Source: a virus. Taken from it: DNA of 35,643 bases. A program made the position numbers and the translations under genes. Below are positions 17,127 through 23,622 of the stretch, one piece after another. Below the pieces are notes generated by a model. That model searched no databases and was not told the origin of the DNA. It was given only the letters and a program-made list of their open reading frames with translations. Numbering within the stretch: position 1 is the stretch's first letter; each line of letters begins with the position of its first letter. The stretch covers positions 1-35,643 of the IMG/VR virus record IMGVR_UViG_3300031867_000270; one strand, written 5' to 3'.

Positions 17127-17461
17127 TATTTTTCTTGATTTCTGTACTCATCGCTAATATTCAAAACTAGGTCTAACAACTGACTAATTTCCATAGTTTC
17201 TTTTGCATTTATACCATATTTATCTATACATTCATGCATCTTATTTCTCAAATCTTCAATATCAAGTTTAGTATAAAATAAATCTTTAACATTCACGTTT
17301 AAAGCATCTGCTATTTTAATTAATGATTGTAGAGTAGGATTTATTCTTCTGTTATGTTCTAAATCATATAAATAAGCACGAGATATACCAGTCATTTCAC
17401 TTAAAGCTTTAATAGATAAATTTGCTTTTTCTCTAAATTCTTTTATTACAAAAATATACAT
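17126..17461 (-). CDS. SinR/XRE-family HTH regulator with C-terminal Spo0E-like motif (111 aa)
   Basis: ATG 17461 after AGAGGTG (the longer track ORF runs through the promoter). HTH: SIKALSEMTGISRAYLYDLEHNRRINPTLQSLIKIADALNVNV. C-terminus: IEDLRNKMHECIDKYGINAKETMEISQLLDLVLNI. Confidence 0.7.
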   Translation of the reverse strand: MYIFVIKEFREKANLSIKALSEMTGISRAYLYDLEHNRRINPTLQSLIKIADALNVNVKDLFYTKLDIEDLRNKMHECIDKYGINAKETMEISQLLDLVLNISDEYRNQEK

Positions 17462-17520
17462 AACCACACCTCTGAAATAGTATCTGTATATTTTATAATA
17501 AATATTCAAACTTGAACAGA

Positions 17521-17586
17521 TGACGCTGGTAGCGTCACTTTTGTCGAACGATTTTTCTTGCATTTCGACAAATTCCGTATTACAAT
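17521..17586. promoter_or_regulatory. Divergent control region: inverted repeats plus a TTGCAT-17-TACAAT promoter carrying the 12-mer
   Basis: TGACGCT-ggt-AGCGTCA at 17521-17537. TTTGTCGAA 17540-17548 pairs with TTCGACAAA 17564-17572. -35 at 17558-17563, -10 at 17581-17586. Confidence 0.55.
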
Positions 17587-17622
17587 TTTTATAAATCAAA
17601 GAGAGAATATTTGGAGGAAGAA

Positions 17623-17793
17623 ATGGAAGAATTATATGTAATAAGTAAAGAAGATTTTGAAAAGTTTTTTAAAAAAGAAAGTATTGTTGACAAGAAAAAA
17701 GTTTATGAAAAATATAAAAAACATACAAACAATAATTTGGAAAAATTATCACATTATTATCACACAAGTTTGAAATTATATAAAAATAATTAA
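17623..17793 (+). CDS. Hypothetical small protein (56 aa)
   Basis: ATG 17623 lies 5 nt after GGAGG. Lys-rich; its 3' end contains copy 1 of the 27-bp repeat. Confidence 0.4.
   Translation: MEELYVISKEDFEKFFKKESIVDKKKVYEKYKKHTNNNLEKLSHYYHTSLKLYKNN
17745..17771. repeat. 27-bp direct repeat, copy 1 (ATTATCACATTATTATCACACAAGTTT)
   Basis: Identical to 17949-17975; contains two ATTATCACA sub-repeats. Confidence 0.9.
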
Positions 17794-17905
17794 AAAAGAA
17801 AAGAATGAGAAACGTTGAAAATACTGTAAAACAGAAATGTGCAAGATTGAGCAAAAACAACAAAAACGTACCCCTCTCTCGCTACCAATATTTTTCAAAT
17901 GCCTA

Positions 17906-17944
17906 AAAATAGCAAGTTTCATACGATTTGAGACTTGCTATTTT
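17906..17944 (-). terminator. Hairpin downstream of int (terminator-like, inside the putative attP region)
   Basis: 12-bp perfect stem: AAAATAGCAAGT ... ACTTGCTATTTT. Confidence 0.55.
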
Positions 17945-17948
17945 AATT

Positions 17949-17975
17949 ATTATCACATTATTATCACACAAGTTT
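17949..17975. repeat. 27-bp direct repeat, copy 2, abutting the integrase stop codon
   Basis: Identical to 17745-17771. Confidence 0.9.
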
Positions 17976-19110
17976 AGAATAAAGAGTTTAATTTATCAAT
18001 TGCAATATCTTTTTGACTTTTTGAGCTATGCATGTAAATTTGTGTAATGCTAATTGCAGTATGTCCCATTAATTCAGCAACAGTTTGAATATCTATTCCA
18101 TTTTTTAATAACATAGAACCATATGTATGTCTTATTGCGTGAAATTTTCTATGAGGTAGATCACATGCTTTTAAAATTTTAGTCCATTCTGTAGAAACAT
18201 TTTTACCTTTAAGAGGATTATTATTTTCATCGTGGAATAATAGTCCATTTTTCTTTTTAACTTTTGCAAGTTCATCAACTAAATTACTAGGGAGTGGAAC
18301 AGTTCTGTATGAATTTTGAGTTTTAGGAACCTGAAAAACGGTTTCAATATGTTTATGAGTATCATCATCATATACATAAACTTCTTTTACACTTCTATCT
18401 ACAGTTGCTTCTTTTTTATCTAGATCAACGAATTTCCAATCAATAGCAAGTAGTTCTCCCATTCTAAAACCTGTAGCAATATCAAACAAAAATAGAAGAT
18501 AAAATTGAATATTATTTGTATCTAGTAAATATTTTTTTATAATAGATATTTCTTCTTCTGATAGAATTTCAACTTTTCTTCTCTTATTCTTTATAATATC
18601 TGATTTATTTCCTTTTATATTGACATTTAAGCAAGGATTTTTTAATATATATCCGTTTATAATACACCAATTAAAAAAGGTTTTTAGAGTTGAATTTAGA
18701 GTCTTTAATTGTGAATATGAATAATCTTTTTTATATAAATCATTATAATAGTTTTGCAACTGCATTAAATTGAAGCTATGTACTTTATTTCCAGCAATAG
18801 AAGAATCTCTAACATAATTTCTATATATACCCTCGTAACGCTGGAAAGTAGATGGTTTTATTTTAGAAGAATTGTGTAAATAATCAAATAACCAGGCATG
18901 CATTAAGTCATTAATAGTAATGTTTTCAAAATCATTAACTAAACCATATTTTAATTTATTGATATATTCATCAGCTTTTTCAATAGCTTCTCTTTCACAT
19001 TCTCCATAAAAAGTTTTTCTTATTCTAGTTCCATCAGCTTTAAAACCGACAGTTCTGGTAACACGAAAATATTTCTTTCCATTCATTTCAAAGTTGGTCT
19101 TTTTAGCCAT
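17974..19110 (-). CDS. int: Tyrosine integrase
   Basis: 378 aa. The C-terminal catalytic pattern HAIRHTYGSMLL...GHTAISITQIYMH gives the R-H-R-Y residues. N-terminal SAM-like domain. Confidence 0.92.
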   Translation of the reverse strand: MAKKTNFEMNGKKYFRVTRTVGFKADGTRIRKTFYGECEREAIEKADEYINKLKYGLVNDFENITINDLMHAWLFDYLHNSSKIKPSTFQRYEGIYRNYVRDSSIAGNKVHSFNLMQLQNYYNDLYKKDYSYSQLKTLNSTLKTFFNWCIINGYILKNPCLNVNIKGNKSDIIKNKRRKVEILSEEEISIIKKYLLDTNNIQFYLLFLFDIATGFRMGELLAIDWKFVDLDKKEATVDRSVKEVYVYDDDTHKHIETVFQVPKTQNSYRTVPLPSNLVDELAKVKKKNGLLFHDENNNPLKGKNVSTEWTKILKACDLPHRKFHAIRHTYGSMLLKNGIDIQTVAELMGHTAISITQIYMHSSKSQKDIAIDKLNSLF

Positions 19111-19128
19111 AACAACCTCCTATAAAAT

Positions 19129-19154
19129 AAGATAAGTATATTTCAACTTATCTT
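19129..19154 (-). terminator. Hairpin between the repressor gene and int
   Basis: AAGATAAGT-8 nt-ACTTATCTT, overlapping the repressor stop. Confidence 0.4.
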
Positions 19155-19795
19155 TAGTTTATTTCAAATTTTCCTATGTATTTACCTAATATCTTAATAG
19201 GTGTCTTTTTATCATATATTTGCCTTTTAAAACTCTCATCTGTACTCATAGGCTCTAGGAATACGAAATCTCCTTGTTTTGCAAATCTTTTTAATGTAGC
19301 ATCATAACCATTTACTAATACAACGGCTATATCTCCATCATCAACAATATCTTGCTTTCTAATAAGAGCATAAGCACCATTTCTAATTACTTTATTCATT
19401 GATTCGCCGTCTACTTTTAAGAAGAAACACTCTTCTGGATTTATAATTCCCATTAATGCAGGGTCAATAGGCAAGTATCCATTTAAACATTCTTCTGCCC
19501 AGTTAGGTTGCCCTGCTGATATTTTGCCGTATACAGGTGTCATAAATAACTTATTTGAAATGTTTTCATTCTTGTTATCTTTATCCTCAACTAAATCACT
19601 TTTTAATATATTAAAATAATTTGCTAATAATTCTATCTTATCTATTCTAGGATAATATAATGCATTACACCAACTTGAAACAGTAGAATAAGGTACATTT
19701 GTAATTTTAGCTATATCATTTCTAGTTTTGTTGTATTTTTCCATATAGTATTTTAAATTTTTAGAGAAAATTTCTTTATTTCCTAAATCACTCAT
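19154..19795 (-). CDS. CI-like repressor (XRE HTH plus LexA/S24 autopeptidase domain)
   Basis: ATG 19795 after GGAGGA. HTH: RNDIAKITNVPYSTVSSWCN. Ala-Gly site in KISAGQP. DGESM ... LKRF gives the Ser/Lys dyad. Confidence 0.88.
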   Translation of the reverse strand: MSDLGNKEIFSKNLKYYMEKYNKTRNDIAKITNVPYSTVSSWCNALYYPRIDKIELLANYFNILKSDLVEDKDNKNENISNKLFMTPVYGKISAGQPNWAEECLNGYLPIDPALMGIINPEECFFLKVDGESMNKVIRNGAYALIRKQDIVDDGDIAVVLVNGYDATLKRFAKQGDFVFLEPMSTDESFKRQIYDKKTPIKILGKYIGKFEIN

Positions 19796-19887
19796 TTTAT
19801 AAATCCTCCATGCACTAATATTAACACATTTTTTTAAAAAATGCAAAAAAAATTATAGAAAAACTAAAATTTTTTTGAAAAAAGTAT

Positions 19888-19915
19888 TGACATTATAGTT
19901 TAACTATAATATAAT
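19888..19915 (+). promoter_or_regulatory. Early rightward promoter with a 19-bp palindromic operator
   Basis: TTGACA 19888-19893, TATAAT 19910-19915. The palindrome ATTATAGTTTAACTATAAT at 19892-19910 fills the spacer. Confidence 0.7.
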
Positions 19916-19950
19916 GCAAACAGTTTAAAGAGAGAGGGGGAAATAAAAAA

Positions 19951-20148
19951 ATGCAAAAAGCAACGTTAAAGGCATTAAGAATTAATAAAGGATTAACATT
20001 AGAACAAGCTTCAAAAGAGCTAGATGTAAATATTACTACATTATCAAGTTATGAGAATGCAAAAACATTTCCTGATGTTCAAACGATAAATAAAATACTC
20101 GAATTGTATGAAACAACATATGATAATATTAATTTTTTATGCAATTAA
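19951..20148 (+). CDS. Cro-like XRE HTH protein
   Basis: 65 aa, divergent from the repressor gene. LTLEQASKELDVNITTLSSYENAK is the HTH. Confidence 0.75.
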   Translation: MQKATLKALRINKGLTLEQASKELDVNITTLSSYENAKTFPDVQTINKILELYETTYDNINFLCN

Positions 20149-20228
20149 ATTATAGTTTAACTATAATAGAAAAACTAAAAATTAAATTTTAAAAATAGTA
20201 TTGACAAATAAAATCTAACGATTTTATT
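20149..20228 (+). promoter_or_regulatory. Second copy of the 19-bp operator plus a duplicated promoter-like module and a second palindrome
   Basis: ATTATAGTTTAACTATAAT at 20149-20167. AGAAAAACTAAAA...GTATTGACA repeats the module at 19855-19893. AATAAAATC-taac-GATTTTATT at 20207-20228. Confidence 0.55.
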
Positions 20229-20279
20229 CAATAAAATTTTTAAGTATATGCTTATAACACCAAAGGAGGTGGAACGAAA

Positions 20280-20531
20280 ATGAATAGCAACGAAGAGTGG
20301 ATAAGCCTTAATGAATTTATGAGAAGAAGAAAAATAGGATACAACGTAGCAATGCAGATGATAACAAATAATGAAGTTGAGTATCAAAAGACAGATGGAG
20401 GCAGATACAAAATAAAAGTTGGTGGAGATTCAGTTAGCACTGAACTTTACAATAAATTACTAGAAAGAGCAACAAAGGCAGAAACAAAGTTAAAAATTCT
20501 AGAAGATATTATTTTAGAAGGGAGGAACTAA
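20280..20531 (+). CDS. Excisionase-family/MerR-like HTH protein (possible Xis)
   Basis: RBS AAGGAGGTGG. ISLNEFMRRRKIGYNVAMQMITNNEVEYQKTDGGRYKI resembles excisionase-type winged HTH. Confidence 0.45.
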   Translation: MNSNEEWISLNEFMRRRKIGYNVAMQMITNNEVEYQKTDGGRYKIKVGGDSVSTELYNKLLERATKAETKLKILEDIILEGRN

Positions 20532-20533
20532 AG

Positions 20534-20662
20534 ATGAGTAAAAGAGAAAAAGCAATATACAAAATAGCAGTAAAAGATACATTAGTAGTATCAAGTGGAA
20601 TAGTAACAGCAATAGCATTTGGCATGGCATTTATGATTAAAGCTGGAATATTTGTATTTTAA
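20534..20662 (+). CDS. Small membrane peptide (42 aa)
   Basis: ATG after GGGAGGAA; the C-terminal half is hydrophobic (VVSSGIVTAIAFGMAFMIKAGIFVF). Confidence 0.4.
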   Translation: MSKREKAIYKIAVKDTLVVSSGIVTAIAFGMAFMIKAGIFVF

Positions 20663-20675
20663 GGAGGACAAGCAC

Positions 20676-20894
20676 ATGAAAATTGAAGGCAGTGTTCAAG
20701 AAATAAAAGAATTATTTAAAAATTTTGAAATTAAAAAGACACCAGTTGCTGGAACAACTGATGTAATAAAGCTTGATGGTAAAAATATTTCAAACCAAAT
20801 GTTAAAAAAATCAATGTTATATCTTTACAAAGCATTAAAAGAAGAAGGCTTACAAAACACTGATGAATTTATTAATTTTTGGGAGAAATATTAA
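20676..20894 (+). CDS. Hypothetical protein (72 aa)
   Basis: ATG 20676 after AAGGAGGA (the track ORF opens upstream with TTG). Confidence 0.5.
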   Translation: MKIEGSVQEIKELFKNFEIKKTPVAGTTDVIKLDGKNISNQMLKKSMLYLYKALKEEGLQNTDEFINFWEKY

Positions 20895-21111
20895 AGTTAT
20901 CAAGTAACCAATTATGATAATCATGTAAGTTTTTAACAAATAATTTATTTGCACAAGATAATGATTTTTCATACAACTTATAATCTCGATTAGAAGGTTC
21001 AAAAGTAAAAAAATCCGAATTATACCAAGAGGAAATTTCTTTAGATGATTCTTTTATAACTAAATTGAGATTCTCTTCACAGTGTTGTGCAAAATTAGAA
21101 AAATCAGTCAT
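20872..21111 (-). CDS. Hypothetical protein (79 aa) antisense to the early operon
   Basis: ATG 21111 after GGAGGTG. Has its own extended -10 (TGtTATAAT on the minus strand, about 21135-21143). Its 3' end overlaps the convergent gene by 23 bp. Confidence 0.55.
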   Translation of the reverse strand: MTDFSNFAQHCEENLNLVIKESSKEISSWYNSDFFTFEPSNRDYKLYEKSLSCANKLFVKNLHDYHNWLLDNFNISPKN

Positions 21112-21163
21112 TAATATCACCTCCAATCGAGGTAATTATAACAAAAGAAAGGAGAAAAAGAAA

Positions 21164-21394
21164 ATGTTAGAAAAATTTCAATCAATGTTAAGAACATTAA
21201 AAAAGAAAGATACAAAAATGAAAATGTCATTAAATTCAGTACAAGCATTATTTAATATGCTAGACATGTGTAAAGAATTAAAGATGCACGCAATAACACC
21301 AACACAAGTAGAAAATATGCAAAGTGCAGAAATGCATATCAATTACATAATAAAAAAACTATATGTTCCTGACTACCAATCTGAAAACATATAG
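21164..21394 (+). CDS. Hypothetical protein (76 aa)
   Basis: ATG 21164 after AAAGGAGAA. Confidence 0.5.
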   Translation: MLEKFQSMLRTLKKKDTKMKMSLNSVQALFNMLDMCKELKMHAITPTQVENMQSAEMHINYIIKKLYVPDYQSENI

Positions 21395-21469
21395 TTCTAA
21401 AAAACATTTATATAAACATTCTCTTTAATTATATTAACACATTTTTAAAGAGAAATCAAGGAGGAAATT

Positions 21470-21691
21470 ATGGACGATTATGATAGACAAGGAGAATTGC
21501 AAGATTTAGTAGATGGATTAGATTCATTAATAGATAATTTAGATTCATACAAAACAGACTTTGAGGACGATTTACGAGAAACAATGATGAAAGCTCAAGG
21601 AATGTTAGACGAAGTAAATTACATAATATCACAAATGGAAGCTAAAGAAATGAGAGAACAAGAAAGAGAATATTGGGAAGGAGTAATTTAG
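21470..21691 (+). CDS. Small, highly acidic protein (73 aa)
   Basis: RBS AAGGAGGA. 22 Asp/Glu against 7 Lys/Arg by hand count. Directly upstream of the annealing-protein gene. Confidence 0.6.
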   Translation: MDDYDRQGELQDLVDGLDSLIDNLDSYKTDFEDDLRETMMKAQGMLDEVNYIISQMEAKEMREQEREYWEGVI

Positions 21692-22255
21692 ATGGAAATA
21701 ACATTTGAAGATATAAAAAAAGCAAATGAAAGTATATCAACAACAGATATTAAAGGAAAGGAATATGCAGAAGTTAATCAAAGAATAAAAGCTTTTAGAA
21801 TGGTTTATCCAATGGGAAGTATAGAAACAGAGTTGTTAAGTAATGAAAATGGAATATGCATATTTCAAGCAACAGTATCAGATAAAGAAGGAAATATATT
21901 AGGTATGGGAACAGCCTACGAAAAAGAAGGAAGTTCATTTATAAATAAAACAAGTTACATAGAGAATTGTGAAACATCAGCGATAGGAAGAGCATTAGGA
22001 ATGGCAGGATTTGGAATAGACACATCAATAGCAAGTGCAGAAGAAGTATCAAATGCAATTACACAACAAGATGATCTAAAACCAATAACAAAAACAAATT
22101 TAAATGTATTACAAGGATTAATAAAAGAATTATCAGAAGCTAAAGCATTTTATGAAAATATTTTAAAAAAATATAACATCACAGATTTGTCGCAATTAAC
22201 ATCAAAACAATATGGGGAGATATTAACAGAAATAAAGAAAATGAAAGGCGAATAA
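21692..22255 (+). CDS. Single-strand annealing protein (Rad52/Sak-like)
   Basis: The motif SYIENCETSAIGRALGMAGFGIDTSIASAEEV resembles Rad52-type phage recombinases; position in the recombination module. Confidence 0.5.
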   Translation: MEITFEDIKKANESISTTDIKGKEYAEVNQRIKAFRMVYPMGSIETELLSNENGICIFQATVSDKEGNILGMGTAYEKEGSSFINKTSYIENCETSAIGRALGMAGFGIDTSIASAEEVSNAITQQDDLKPITKTNLNVLQGLIKELSEAKAFYENILKKYNITDLSQLTSKQYGEILTEIKKMKGE

Positions 22256-22258
22256 CAA

Positions 22259-22591
22259 ATGGATTTATATGAACAAATAACAAAGTTTATTAACGAATTA
22301 GACATATCTGTTAGACAATTAAGAAAAAGCGGTTCAGATTTAGCTGAGGCAGAGCAGAAATACAAGATATGTTTAAGAGAAGAAGCATTGAAATTAAGAG
22401 CAGAAAAAAATATGCCAGTAACATTAATAAATCAAATTATATACGGAGTACCAGAAGTTGCAAAATTAAGATTTGATAGAGATGTAAAAGAGGCAGTATA
22501 CCAAGCAAATTTAGAAGCAATAAATAGTACAAAATTAAAGTTAAGGATATTAGAAAACCAATTAAATAGAGAATGGGGACAAGCCAAATGA
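22259..22591 (+). CDS. Hypothetical coiled-coil protein
   Basis: 110 aa, tightly packed after the annealing protein. Confidence 0.5.
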   Translation: MDLYEQITKFINELDISVRQLRKSGSDLAEAEQKYKICLREEALKLRAEKNMPVTLINQIIYGVPEVAKLRFDRDVKEAVYQANLEAINSTKLKLRILENQLNREWGQAK

Positions 22592-22869
22592 AATCAATAT
22601 TACAAGATAAAAAAGAAAGTTACATCAGTGGAGCGACTTATGGTTTAGAAGAACATCATATTTACTTTGGTTCAGGGAAAAGAAAAATATCAGAGCAAAA
22701 TGGATTCAAAGTATGGATAACATATGAAGAACATCGTGGTACATATGGTGTTCATGGAAAGAATGGACACAAATTAGATTTAAAACTTAAACAAGAGTGT
22801 CAAAAAGAATATGAAAAGACACATACAAGACAAGAATTTATAAATTTAATAGGAAAAAGTTACTTATAA
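22588..22869 (+). CDS. Hypothetical His-rich protein (possible nuclease-like)
   Basis: ATGA overlap with the previous stop supports ATG 22588. The motifs LEEHHIYFG..., EEHRGTYGVHGKNGH are conserved in many Firmicute phages. Confidence 0.45.
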   Translation: MKSILQDKKESYISGATYGLEEHHIYFGSGKRKISEQNGFKVWITYEEHRGTYGVHGKNGHKLDLKLKQECQKEYEKTHTRQEFINLIGKSYL

Positions 22870-22887
22870 ACAAAAGGAGAATCAGAA

Positions 22888-23622
22888 ATGAATTTTATAA
22901 AACAATTTAATACATTTTTTGAGAATTTACTAACAGAACCTTTAAGTTCTAATGCTGTTTATTTATATTTTACATTATTTTATATAAATAACAAATGTAA
23001 TTGGAAAAAAGAGTTTACTGTGGCAAATTCAACAATTATGGGATTAACAAGTTTTGATAAAAATAAACTGGTTAGAGCTAGAAACGAACTAAAGCAGAAA
23101 GGTTACATTAATTATAAAAATGGAAAGAATCAAATTCAATCAGGGACATATGAAATACTAGATTTTGATACGGCACTTGATACGGCGTATGATACACCGA
23201 ACGATACGGCAGATGATACGGCGGACGATACGGCAGTCGATACCAATAATAAACAAAACAAAACTAAACAAAAAAAGAAAAATATTAAAAAGAAATTTTT
23301 TGGTGAGTATCAAAATGTATTTTTTACTGACGAACAATATCAAAAACTTTTGGCTGAATTTCCTAGCGACTACAAACAACGAATACAAAAGTTAGATGAT
23401 TATATGCAATCGAAAGGCATTAAGTACAAAGACTGCTTAGCAACTATACGAAATTGGGCTAGAAAAGATGGATATGTAAAACTAACTAAGCCAAAAGAAG
23501 AGTATGTTGGAGATTATGTTGAAATAGATTATAGCCAATTAACAAACGAAGAATACGAAATGCTCATGAAAAAGAAAATAACTATTCAAGAGCTAATCGA
23601 GAAAGGAAAAATAAATGTATGA
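22888..23622 (+). CDS. Replisome organiser / replication initiator (phage_rep_org/DnaD-like)
   Basis: N-terminal LSSNAVYLYFTLFY...LVRARNELKQKGYI winged-helix pattern. C-terminal ...DCLATIRNWARKDGY. Sits upstream of the helicase. Confidence 0.7.
   Translation: MNFIKQFNTFFENLLTEPLSSNAVYLYFTLFYINNKCNWKKEFTVANSTIMGLTSFDKNKLVRARNELKQKGYINYKNGKNQIQSGTYEILDFDTALDTAYDTPNDTADDTADDTAVDTNNKQNKTKQKKKNIKKKFFGEYQNVFFTDEQYQKLLAEFPSDYKQRIQKLDDYMQSKGIKYKDCLATIRNWARKDGYVKLTKPKEEYVGDYVEIDYSQLTNEEYEMLMKKKITIQELIEKGKINV
23167..23250. repeat. Seven tandem 12-bp iterons (GATACGGCnnnn) inside the organiser gene, followed by an A/T-rich tract: putative origin
   Basis: Units start at 23167, 23179, 23191, 23203, 23215, 23227 and 23239. 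They encode the DT(A/P)xDT.. linker. Confidence 0.7.

Noticed and set aside
21421-21452. Hairpin CTCTTTAA-16 nt-TTAAAGAG in the gap before the acidic-protein gene
   Set aside because: The stem is AT-rich with a large loop and no T-run, so it is not distinguishable from chance.
23158-23395. Two overlapping 76-aa ORFs (plus and minus strand) inside the replisome-organiser gene
   Set aside because: They are by-products of the 12-bp iteron array, which keeps all frames open. The organiser frame is the one with recognisable domains.
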